DNA from: Octopus sinensis
Taxonomy: Eukaryota
Direction of reading: 5' to 3'
DNA: 64,000 nucleotides
Assembly: GCF_006345805.1 (NCBI RefSeq)
Contig: NC_042999.1
Coordinates: forward strand, 137,082,001-137,146,000
Positions 13,435 through 25,589 of this stretch are shown here, piece after piece; positions within the stretch are counted from its first letter, which is position 1, and each line of letters starts with the position of its first letter. Under the pieces are notes generated by a model, which saw only the letters and a list, made by a program, of their open reading frames with translations, was not told the origin of the DNA and ran no database searches. Position numbers and translations under genes: made by a program.

Positions 13435-14945
13435 CTGTTCAAGCAATATAAAATTCTTTACATATGCTTCATACAGTTCATTTCTGCATGTTTTTTTTTT
13501 ATATGGGAAGCGCCCATTATGTTTTGTAGGTTCTTCCAAACTGGTGAGATTTATGGTCGAACATCTGTAGGTTAATTTCTAAGGCATTCTACCTGAAAAA
13601 GATATATAATTCATCTGCCTTTCACTATGAAACATGCTTTAACAAACCTGTGCTGGTGGTGAGGAAACATTCCCTACTTATTCTTTCAAGCTAGTGTCTT
13701 TTGATTTGATTTTAAGGGCTGTTAATGTTGTTTAATTTTGGATCAGTTCTGATGGAGTAGATCAACGATGAAAGATATTTCACCTATAATCATACTGTCT
13801 GTTATTCAGATACAGAGTCAGTGTCTAAAATCTTGCTGGCTTTCCAAAACAGGTAAAATTTTTATGGCTGATGCCGAATCTAAACATTTGTAAGTTAACA
13901 TGGATGTCTGAATACCTGCAACAGAGTAATCTTTGATAACCAGGATTGAAGGACCAGTTGAAGGTGCTAAACCAAGCAGTGTGTTAGGTTGGGTGAGATA
14001 ATAAGTCTTTGAACATTTTAAAGACAGAAATAAAAAATACGAATTTGGGATGATCATACCTTTCCAATCATGCATCATAGTATCTAGTAACTAAAGTTAT
14101 TGAAATTATTGATAACAAGTACCTTCATAAATATTTGTGAAAAAAATAATACACCTGCCTAATTACACTCTTTAGAAGCAAGCCAAGTGCTATAGTCTGT
14201 TTTAATGGTGGCCAATGATTACACATTGACATAGACTATACATTCAATAAGAAGCAAACAATCAATTGTCTCAGCTTGCTTCTACTGGACTGTGATTGTT
14301 AAATAAGACACGCATAATCAAGTGGTTACAGAAATTCCTCTAACCATTAATTATACATTACCATATGCAATTTATTATTCTATGTATTCTTAACATTTTT
14401 TTAACCTTTGTCTCTCACTTTCTTTTTAATCCTGGAGACATTCATTAATATGGAAATTCTATTCTAATATTATACTTTACAATAGGGTAGTATTGTTGGG
14501 TGCAGGAATGGCTGCTTGGTTAAGACAGTTACTTTGTGACTATGTGGTTTTGAGTTCAAAACTATTGTATGGAACATTAGACAAGTATCTTCTACTACAG
14601 CTTCAGGTTAGTCAAAAGTAATGATGGAATGCACTTTATTGCAAGCATTTGGGTCAGATTTTTAGTCAGAGGATAACCTCCCTCTTTCTTCTTGCAAATC
14701 TTGGAAGCCCAGAAAAAGGGCATAGGCATAGTCCTTTCTCCTTTAACTAATCATTAAAAAAGGGACCAACCTACATGTCTTCAGTATTTGGTTTACACCT
14801 CCAAGTTTCAAGTTCAGTCCCTGCTTGAGTCAGACTTTAACTTTCATTCCTTTTAGATTAATAATATGTTCCAAAAATTACCAGCAATATGCTGGAATGT
14901 GGCAGAGGAGTGATGGAAATGGCAGAGTTCAAATTAACTGTTATA

Positions 14946-15510
14946 TTGGGTTGTCCAGAAAGTTCATGCCGATTTATAGTAGCTTACCTTTCGACTTATT
15001 TTAGAACATGGTTGAGTCCATAAAATAGCATTTGACTACACCTCCATTTAGAGCACAGTTTAAGCTATCTATTCATGGAAGAAGGTTTATGTTCTTATAA
15101 CCTGTGTTAATTCTGAAACCCTTTAAATGGAAGTTAAGAAAGTTCATTTTCGGTACTTGATACTTTGGGAAGCAGACAAAAATTGCTGCAGCTCAGCTGG
15201 AATGTGTTACCCCACCCTCCATATACACCAGATATCGCTCTTTTGGATTTCCACTTATTCAGGTCTCTGCAGAATAGACTTAATGGTAAAAATTTCAATT
15301 CCTTGGATGACGTAAAAAGATACCTTGATGAATTCTTTGCCATGAAACCACCTCAATTCTGGGAAGAGGGTATTTTCAAGTTAAAGGAAAGATGGAGATG
15401 CATTGTGTAACAAAATGGTTCATATTTGGTTGATTAAAAATGTAATGGCAAGTATTTATTGACCTTTTTCTTTCCTTTAAAAACCAGCTTGAACTTTCCA
15501 GACAACCCAA
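14946..15510 (+). mobile_element. Mariner internal-deletion derivative
   Basis: TIRs TTGGGTTGTCCAGAAAGTTC/GAACTTTCCAGACAACCCAA with TA on the left. N-terminal MEVKKVHFRYLILWE is fused to the C-terminal RQKLLQLSWNVLPHPPYTPDIALLDFHLFRSLQN...WEEGIFKLKERW. Confidence 0.92.
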
Positions 15511-16547
15511 CACATTAGTTTAGTCCTACTATGTTTTGTGTTCAAATTCTGTTTGGAGGCTCGACTTCAAATCTTCTATAAAGTGTGTACAAAAGTATCA
15601 TGCATTGGGATCAGAATCAACTAAATATATTTCTGTTCTACAGATTTTTGGTCTCATGCCAATGTGTAGAATCAATAACATATTAATATTTTTCTAGATC
15701 ACAAAATCCATGGTACTAGTGCTTATCCCCAGTTTTTGTTACATTAAGTAGACAAGAGAGAATTTTCCCCAAGATTAGATATCTGTCTATTGCATGTAGC
15801 TTTCTCACCAGCAGAATTGAATTTGAGATGGGAAGCTAAATAATCCTATTGTCAATTCCACATTGCTACCTGCCACTTAGAACTTGATGGGATCAGCAGC
15901 TGTGAGTTCAGTGTTTTGACTATGGACATAAACAGTAACAGTAAGATGAAGTAGTTAGTTTCCCTGCACCCCATTGACTAATCTGTCCATACTTTCTATA
16001 TTATATTAAAGTCCATTAAATTCACAATAATTACCCTCCACAGATCACTAGAAAAATTGACCTTTATGCTTATATAAGTTATCAACTTTGAAGTTTCACG
16101 AAGAAATTAGATCTATTTTCCTCTTCTTCAAGATAAAATGCCCAAGAGAACAAAAATCTTAGAACAATAGTTTTAAATATGTTAATCAAGAAGGAATTAA
16201 AACTGAAATGTAAAGAAAATTATCATACATAATGTATGTGAGAGACAGTAAAAAGAAAATTTATGAATACAGTTTTTTCCCAATGACAATTTCTGTTAAA
16301 CATTGTTATATTCTAGTCCAAGTACATATATAAAAGTAAAAATATTGTTCTCTGAAGATTATTGAGAAATAATTTGATTTCAAACATTACGAAAAAATTT
16401 TTTTCTTTTAAAAAAAAGGTAAGAAATTATGAGTAGGATATAACAGTTTATTAAATCAATTCTTGTATATTTCAAAGAAGAGAAAACTCAGATATTTTGG
16501 CATGGTCATTTTTTGTTTTTGTTTTTGCCAAATGAGCACACACACTG

Positions 16548-16737
16548 TATATTTGTTCTTCACTCGTTTATTAACTGTTCTTATGTTGTTTTTTTTTATA
16601 TTTTAATTCATGTCCATTGTCTGGAAAAAATGTCACTGAAGAGGTTTCAGATGTGTGACAAAAGATTTCTGGGCAATGGACATGAGTTAAAATAAAAAAA
16701 ATTAAGAACAATAATAAACGAGTGAAGAACAAATATA
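16548..16737. repeat. ~190-bp foldback (imperfect palindrome/MITE)
   Basis: TATATTTGTTCTTCACTCGTTTATT...TCATGTCCATTG pairs with CAATGGACATGAG...AATAAACGAGTGAAGAACAAATATA. Confidence 0.85.
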
Positions 16738-16739
16738 TA

Positions 16740-17487
16740 TTAGGTTGGCAACTAAGTTTTTGCCGTTTTTTAAAATTTTGGAATTTATTCATCATCATCA
16801 TCATCATCGTTTAACATCTGCTTTCCATGCTAGCATGGGTTGGATGGTTCAACTGGGGTCTGGGAAGCCAGAAGGCTGTACCAGGCCCTGTCTGATCTGA
16901 CAGTGTTTCTACGGCTGGTTGCCCTTCCTAACGCCAACCACTCTGTGAGTGTAGTGGGTGCTTTTTACATGCCAGGTGAGGTTGGCAATGGCCACGATCG
17001 GATGGTGCTTTTTACGTGCCACTGGCACAGAGGCCAGTCGGGGCAGCGCTGGCAACGGCCACGTTTGGATGGTTCTCTTACGTGCCAATGGCACTGGTAT
17101 CACAGCTACAATTTCCATTGATGTTGGTTGATTTCGATTGTGTTTTTAAATTTTGGCTGGGAAGTGCCGCCACACCCACCATACTCTCCTGATTTGGCAC
17201 CAATGAATTTCCACCTCTTTTGATCTCTTTCAAATACTATGCATGGAGTTTTGTTCAATACTGATGCAAAATTGAGAGCTTGGTTGGATCAATTTTTCAA
17301 GTCGAAATCGGGTGATTTCTACCAACAAGGTATTGAAAATCTTGTTGAATGTTGGGAAGAAGTTGTAAATAATAAGGGTGAATACATTATTGATTAATTA
17401 GTTGTTATTTTTTATGAAACATTTTTATTAAACATTTTAAAAAAATTTTAATTTTAAAAAACGGCGGGAACTTAGTTGCCAACCCAA
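16740..17487 (+). mobile_element. Second mariner deletion derivative, with an RTE-tailed retroposon nested at about 16788-17139 (-)
   Basis: TIRs TTAGGTTGGCAACTAAGTT/AACTTAGTTGCCAACCCAA with TA flanks. C-terminal remnant FGWEVPPHPPYSPDLAPMNFHLF*SLSN...YQQGIENLVECWEEVVNNKGEYIID. Confidence 0.9.
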
Positions 17488-19234
17488 TAGTATGTGTGTT
17501 TATTTGGCAAAAAAAACAAAGAATAACCATCCTGAAATGCAACAATATCTGCTTCAATACATGGTTTCACATCAGGAGTCTTACAATACAAATTTTTTAA
17601 AAATCAGATGTCTTCTTAAATGTGAGTACTTAGTTCTGGATTCAGGGATTAAAGTAGATGAGGACACTAGAATGTTATCAATGATAATTCTATATAATTT
17701 GGTAGATATTCCTGACAGATATCCAAACTAGGCAATATAGACAGTATAAAAACTAGACTAACCAACAATGAAACTCTTATTTTGATTGCTTGATCTGCTA
17801 GAAATAACAATCAAACCTTCTGCAAATCACACACAATCAGGAAAAAAGACATATTGGATAATGTAGTAATGTAGTTTTGAGACTGTTCCTGAAGTAAAGA
17901 TGAGATAATGATGTCTTTATTATCTTTGATCATAGGTGTGTTTGATCAGAGTAGACATGAGACTAAGAACTAACAGTTACACAAGTTAGAAGAAAGTAAA
18001 GCAACCAATACTTTGCCACTCAGGTAATTTGCCTCTAACTTTAGTACAATTCTGGTACTCATTTAATCAAACCTGGAATTTTTTTTTTAAAGAAGGAAAA
18101 AAAAAAAGGGGAAAAAATGCAAATTTGTCTTTAGAGGATTCTGAACTCAGAATGTGGAAAAATGAAACAAAATACTGAAAGCATTTAGTCTACCATGCTA
18201 AATTTTCTGTCATTCCACTGACCTCTGTTTATTGGAAAAGATATTGATTGAAATACAGAGTATGTAGTAGCAAAAACATTGAAGTTAATATTACAATCAA
18301 TGCATGCTACTTTAGTAATAACTCATCTCAGAAACAGAGACAAGTAGTTGTAAGATGGTAGAAAAACTAGCATTATATATCTGCTTACAAGGAGCTATAT
18401 AAGACAATGGAAAACTGACATACATTCAGTTGTTAATTCTGTTGCTTAAGAAAAGAATTAAATCTATTCCTAATCTTCCTTCTTAGTAGTCTGTAAGAAA
18501 GGATTAATATGTACTATAATATCAGATTATACTCTTTGGTAATTAGATAATATTTGTCGCATCTTTAAATAAGCAACAAAAACAAAAGGCAAAATGCTTT
18601 TTTACTTGATATAATCTTTAGAAAAGTCAAAGTTTGGACTTGCATTTTGGTGAGATGGAGTTGTAAAAAAGGAGGTTTAGAGTCACATTCTCTCTCTCTC
18701 TCCTCCTCTCTCTCTTTGTATATCCCTTACTCTCCCTTAGCTCTGATACATGTTTTTTCTTGTTAGCAAATGTCATTTATTAATTTTTATTTTGTGTTAG
18801 ATGTTAGCAATACTATTGTCCACATATTAGGACAATGGATTGGAAGAAGTGGTAGACAAAATACCTTGTGGTATTTTCTTATATCCCTTTGCATTTTCAG
18901 TTTAAATTTTGCTTCAGTTGACTTAGCTTTTCATTCTTGCAGGGTTGAAAAAATAAGTATCTCTGAAATACTCGGGTCAACATAATCGATTGTTTCTGGT
19001 CTCATGTCATATAAGATATTATTATTATGGTTTGGCTCAGGTTTTGGTCTTATTCTTGGTAGGATTTATATGGGTAGCAGATTATTACCTGTAACCTTCG
19101 GTATCCACATGTTGTCAGCTGTCTTTCAAGTGCTTAAACCCTCCTGATAATCCTTGCTCTCCCTATTATTATTATAATTATCATCATTATTATTATTGTT
19201 ATTATTATCATCATTATTATCATCATTATTATTA

Positions 19235-19490
19235 TTTAATGCCTTGCCAAAACATCTGAGGGATCTCCATGGAGTGGGGTAGATGTTTTCAAGAAACAAC
19301 TTGACCTCTTGCTGTCCAAGATCCCAGATGAACCAATTTCAAGACAGGAAACTCAAAAGAGGGCAGCAGTGTTGAACTCCTTTCTTTATCAACAGCAAAT
19401 CACATAGAATTGGCCAATTAAAAAGTGATTACACTGGTGGTCTCCCAGCATGGCCATAGCCTTAGGGCTGAAACACATAACAGAATATAT
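19235..19490 (+). mobile_element. CR1-clade LINE 3' fragment
   Basis: FNALPKHLRDLHGVGVDVFKKQLDLLLSKIPDEP...RAAVLNS, followed by a 3' UTR with GGTGGTCTCCCAGCATGGCCATAG...GCTGAAAC. Confidence 0.75.
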
Positions 19491-19568
19491 ATCTATATAG
19501 AGCTTGAAGTGAAGTACAGATATTTATAGTGAGAGAGAGAGTTTGAAGTGAAGTACAGATATTTATAA

Positions 19569-19766
19569 ATTAAGGAAAGAGAGGTAGTCAGAATTTTGGA
19601 TAATTATTCATTTAGCATATTTAGCTCTTCTAAGAGATACATCATGAATGACTTTTTTTCAGAGAAAGTTTATTCCTTTTATATTTGAGTTACATGAAAA
19701 AAATCTGGAATAGGAAAGGGGATGTTCTTTCTTATTTTCACTGTGTGTGTGTGTGTGTTTGTGCAT

Positions 19767-19807
<41 letters not shown>

Positions 19808-22217
19808 GTGAATTTTTGGAGGCTTGGTTAGAGGGAGAAAAAAGGAAAAAGGAAAGACAGGAAAAAAGGAAGAAGGACAGGGAGAAAGAAAGAAAGAAAG
19901 TGAGAAAGAAAGAAAGGGGCCTTTTCCTGAAATGCTTGAAATTAATGGCAGTTCAAGAGTTCAATTTTCTTTTAGTCATTGTAATTTTTTTGTCATGTTA
20001 TCCAGCCATAAAACACAGTCTATCAACATCATTTTGGAAGGTTTTTAAATGTGCATGTGTGCGTGTGTGCATGTGTGTTTAAGCTTATTTGTGTGGGAGA
20101 GTGTGTGTGTTATGTTGGTTGCTTAAGTGAATTTTTCCAGTTATTTTAGTAACAAGCAACGAGGATATTTTAATAAGGATTTTTTGTGTGTTCATAAATG
20201 TATTTTTTTCTTTTTTATATGTTTAGTTTAAGTATAAAAACAGAAACAAATGTATTTACAAACATGAAAAATCCTTATTAAAATGTTCTTGCTGTTACTA
20301 AAATAACTGGAAAAATTCACTTAAGCAACTAACACACAACGCATATACTCTCTTTCTCTCATGCACATATGCTTAAACACATGCACACACACACACACAT
20401 GCTTAAAATCCTTCCAACACAGTTTTGGTAAAGTCTATTTTGTATGGCTGAATAACATTGACAAAAAAATACGACTAAAAGAAAATTGAGATAAAACTTA
20501 CTTGGAAAAGGATGCGTTGCATTTGATCATATAATAATATAAATAATATATAAATATACGCATATATACATATATGTGCATACCTACATATATATGTATA
20601 TATACATGCATATATGGGTACAGGACATCAAAAAACGTGGACAAAATGAGAAATGAGAACATAAAAAACAAAAATATAGAAAACAAACTTTTTTCGAACA
20701 ATGAAAAAAAACCCCATAGAAATGAGATGTGCAACATAAAGAACATTCCCTTCATCAGTTGTCCCGTTTTATCTACTCCGCGTTTCGAAGGTAAAGACAA
20801 AACGTGTCTTCATTAAAACAGTCTTTCCCGCAAAACAAACTAAATAAAATTTGAGATTTTTTGCAGAGGGTGAAAGTGATAACAAAAACAGGACAGTGAG
20901 AACAAAACAGTAAAACAAACGGTGAGGGTTATTAAGCCAAGACGATGTGAAGTGGTGAACACTGGAAAAACAAGCTTTGAGAAGAGACAGATAAAAGCAC
21001 GTCTTGCCTTTATGAAGGAAGTGGAAGAAAGAAAGATGTATAGCCGTTAGTCACGTGAGAGCGAGAGAGTCAAGGAGGAAGAGTGAGAGAGAGAGGGAAC
21101 GGTGAAGGGGAGAGGATAAGAATAGGGAAAGGATGTGAGAGAAAAACAGAAATGAAGAAGAACAAGAGAGGGAGATAGATAGACAGAAAAGAGATCTATC
21201 TATCTCCCTCTCTTGTTCTTCTTCATTTCTTCATTTCTCTCCCATCCTTTTTCTATTCTTCTCCTCTCCCCTTCACTGTTCCCTCTCTCTCGCTCACTCT
21301 TCTTCCTTGACTCTATCGCTCACACGTGACTAACGGCCATCCATTTTTATTTCTTCCACTTCCTTCCTAAAGATAAGATGTGTTTTTATCTGTCTCTTCT
21401 CAAAGCTTGTTTTTCCAGTGTTCACCACTTCACATCGTCTTGACTTAACAGCCCTCACCATTTGTTTTTACTGTTTTGTTCTCACTGTCCTCTTTTTGTT
21501 ACCACTTTCACCTTCCGCAAAAAAGCCAAAATTTTATTTAATTTGCTTTGCGGGAAGGACTGTTTTAATGAAGATGCGTCTTGTCCTTCAAAACACGGAG
21601 TAGATAAAACAGGGAACAACTGATGAAGAGAATGTTCTTTATGTTGCATGTCTCATTTCTGTGATATTTCGTTGTTCAAAAAAAATTCGTTTTCAATGTT
21701 TTTGCTTTTTATGTTCTTGTTTCTCATTTTGTCCACATTTTTTGATGTTCTGTACCCATATATGCATGTATATATACATAGATATGTAGGTATGTACATA
21801 TATGTATGTATATATGCGTACATTTATATGTAAAAGAAAATTGACCTCTTGAACTGTCATCGATTTCAACCATTCCAGATAGCATGACAACTGACCCAAA
21901 AATATCATGCAATTTCAACCATCTCAGAAAAAGACCCCTTTCTCTTTCTTTTTTCCCTACCTCTATGCAAGCTTCCAAAAGTTCACCATACACATATACA
22001 TACACACACATAAATATATACACAGACCTATAGATTTAAAATAACAAAGAACATTCTCTTCCCAATTCAACTCCAGATGTTTTTCAACTAACTCACATAT
22101 ATATAAAAGGCATAAATTTTCCATTAAAAAAAAATCATTCTTGATGTATCTCTCAACATAGATAAATGTACTAAATAGATAATTATCCAAAATTCTGAGT
22201 ACTTCCTTTTTCTTAAT
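19569..22217. repeat. Nested giant palindromes: outer XY/Y'X' foldback with a 1.3-kb Z/Z' foldback inserted in its right arm
   Basis: 19569-19975 pairs with 21831-22217. 19961-20220 pairs with 20235-20489. 20550-21183 pairs with 21195-21829. TAAAAGAAAATTGA is duplicated at 20476-20489 and 21831-21844. Confidence 0.9.
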
Positions 22218-22247
22218 ACATTCATACACACACATGCATGCACATAT

Positions 22248-22303
<56 letters not shown>

Positions 22304-22654
22304 ACTCATACATATTCATATATATATATATGTTAAGATACTTGTAGAAAGATCATATTCAAATACTACTATTGTAAGTGTAAAAATGTGCTGCAATGAA
22401 GATAGAGCATTGAAGTCATCATATGAATAATAGGGATGTTTTTTCATAGACCTTTGGGATCTGATGGATCTGTACTTAACTATCTCTGGTTAATACACCA
22501 TTAAGCTTGTAGAAGATGAATCCAGATATGATGATGGCTTCTTGAAGTTTTCATCTCAACTTAGTATGGCAAATTAATCAAATACCTGTAAATTAAACAG
22601 TACTAGTGCTATTGTTGTTTGCTATAGAATGTTGCTTCTGCCATGTTGTATTTA

Positions 22655-23205
22655 ATAATAATAATAATAATAATAATTGTGTACAGTGCTCAGGTGCACT
22701 ACAACTCATCTAAAGTGTATATATAATCAGGTGTAGTTTCGGCGGATTTCGGAAAGCATGAGGGCCTTAAAGGATGCAGTGTCATGGCAGTCAACAACTG
22801 ACGCAGGCAGTTTATTCCATGCTTCAGCAACTCTGAGCGTGAAAAAATGTTTCCGAAAGTCATGGGAGCTGTGTTGTTTTCTGACTTTGCAGGCATGTCC
22901 ACGTGTGTTAGACACATGGAGATCAAAAAGGTGTTCAGTGTTGTTGTTGGTGAGGTGGTTGATAACTTTGTGGGTGTTTACCAAGTCCGTCGCCAGATGC
23001 CGGAGCTTCAGTGAATCCATGCCCAGGGAAACAAGGCGCTCAGAATATGGTAGGTGTCTGATGGAGGGTATGCGGTTGGTTGCACGTCTCTGGACAGATT
23101 CCAGGAGGTCAATGTTCTGAGCAAGATAAGGGTTCCAAACTGATGATGCGAATTCCAAGTGTGGTCGTACCATAGCTGTATACAGTTTTAAATAAATGTC
23201 TGAGA
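22655..23205 (-). mobile_element. 5'-truncated CR1-clade LINE (RT C-terminus, 3' UTR, (TAT)n tail)
   Basis: LKLYTAMVRPHLEFASSVWNPY...LESVQRRAT...YSERL..L....L..R....DL...TRGH...RKHFFTLRVAEAWNKLP; ends GGTGCACCTGAGCACTGTACAC-like plus a TAT tail. Confidence 0.92.
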
Positions 23206-25078
23206 CTTGTGTTCCTTACAAACACAATGCAATATTAGTCATGAAGCATAAATAAACAACAGATCATGTGATTCATTCCTGGACTCAACAGAGTTCAATA
23301 CAAGAAAGAACAATCAAGGAAACCAAGGAAAGTTTATTTGTATATCTAAAGAATATAAGATGAAGTATCACAGACAGGAGTATACATATATGCAGCACTA
23401 TTGGTATGGCAGGTTTTCTATGGCTGGATGCCCTTCCTGATGCCAACTCTCACCTGTTTCCAAGTGAGAAATGACCATATTTCATTATTGCAAAATCTTC
23501 ATCAAAAAATTAATGAGGTTGTATAAAAGATTGATGATAAGGATAGCAGCAATAGATTCATTTCATTCATTATTGTCATTGCTGCTGAATTATAAGATTA
23601 CTGTATATGTGAAGTCAGTTCATCAACTGAGAATATATATAAAACTGAGCATATGTATAAAAAGCATAAATAAGTTAACAATTTTTTCTTTCAATATCGA
23701 TATAAATCAATTATGACATATGACAGTAAACACAAATAAATGATGATGATGATGATCATCATCATCATTGTCTTCACCGTTGTCTTCATTGTAGTCATCA
23801 TTTAATGTCTGTTTTCCGTACTGGCATAGTTGTACAGTTTGACAGAAGACAATAAGCCAAAGGACTGTATAATGCTCTAATGTCTGCTTTAGCATGGTTT
23901 CTATGGCTGGATGCCCTTCCTGACACCAACCACTTCACAGAGTGTACTGGGTGCTTTCTATGTGGCACTGGCATGATGGAGATCACAAGAAGCTCACAAG
24001 ACCACCTCAACTGAGGTGGGAGAGGTGTAGTATAAATATATAATAAGAAAAAGTATAATGTATAACAGAAGGTGTGCAGTTAAAATGTTCAGTAAAACAC
24101 AGTTCAACTTATGATATAAAAGCAACAGCAATAAGAACAAAAGAAAATATTGTGTGGAATCAAATACAATTCATCTTCAGAATATGGAAAAGTTAATATG
24201 AATGGAAATATTTGAAATATTGTCAGAGTTCAAAAGTTCAACAAAACTGTCTGTGAAGAAATATTTTAAACAATAATTTGTGTCTGTGTGTTTCTATCCA
24301 TAGTAATGTGTGTGTGTGTGTGTAAAGGTGTTCCTTTCAGTCTCAAACTGTGTCTGCAGAGAGAACATTGTATTGAACATTATATATGCATATATGTTAT
24401 AACATGCTTGTTATTTTTATGGTGTTTGCTTGGTGGTGGTGGTGGTGGTGGACTGTGAAACATGGTTGACTATATATCTGCACCTGTATCTGTAGGCATG
24501 GGTATTTTTTTTTCTTTTTGTGGAAAACTGGAAATTGCTAATTCATACAAGTTTTCTCTCTTCACACCACTGATGTTGTCCAAGGGAAGGGCTATCACTT
24601 TTAGGCCAATACATATTGCAAGGCATCTCATCCAATGCTTTAATAGTTCTGTTAATCTGCTGCCCTTGAAAGGTACTTTTTCATTGACACCAAAAAGAAT
24701 GAAAGACAGTTAACTTTGGTGAGATTTGAATACAGAACACAAAGAGTCAAGACAAATACTACAAGGTAGTCCATCCAATGTTCTAATAACTCTGTCACTT
24801 CATTTGCTACCTTACATGTTTGTTACTATGTGATAATGTGTGTGTATGCATTGCAATGTGTGTGAAGAATCAAGATGTCATGTGGTACAGATTGATTATG
24901 CAAAATGTAATCTCTGTATGTCAGAAGCCATGTGTGAGAACACATTCTTCTCATAGAATGTGACACTGTGTATGCATGTATGAAGTAATGTGGGGAGAGA
25001 CACAAAATCAAATATTATGGAATAACTGCACAAACCTACAATTCTATTCATCAGTGTAGAGAGTTTGGGAGAAAAATA

Positions 25079-25589
25079 CTGTAAATCCTCGAGTATAATC
25101 TACATTTTTTCCCAAAATTTAAAGGTCAAAATCCCTAGTGCATACTATATACAAGGTTAAAAATGAAAATTATTTTCTAAGTAATGTCCGAGTCTCTCTT
25201 TGCTGTCCGGCAATGTTTATTCAGACATATTTTATGATGTCGGGCACGAAAATACCTTAAGCTAAGCCTGAAAGCAATGAAGTCATAAAAGAATCATCCA
25301 TAACTTGCAGTAAGCAACATTTATTAAACGTTATTACTGTTATTTCTTTATTTTCTGCAAACAAAATGCACAAAAAAGCTACACATTTGCATTATGTTAT
25401 ATATACAATAATAATAAAGGATGTTACTGTATACATTTTTACAAACCAAAGACGTCATATAGACCTCCTTGACTCAAGTTAGAGAAGGGGTGCATATTAT
25501 ACACAAGGTTTAGGTTTTTCAGAGGTACAGTCCCCTAAAGAGCCCCTGCATATTTTACTCAAGGGCGGACAATACTCGAGGACTTACGG
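25079..25589. mobile_element. Tc1/mariner-superfamily (Tc2/pogo-type) MITE
   Basis: TIRs CTGTAAATCCTCGAGTAT/ATACTCGAGGACTTACGG with TA on both sides. Confidence 0.85.

Noticed and set aside
18424-18490. Minus-strand segment with a strong acceptor and GTATGT donor
   Set aside because: Stops in all three frames; could be a poison or terminal exon but is unsupported.
20750-20800. Type II hammerhead reading of the Z family (GAAAC...CTGATGA order)
   Set aside because: I could not form stems I and III in any of the four arms, and the U of the cleavage triplet is missing in the type I reading. At best a decayed motif.
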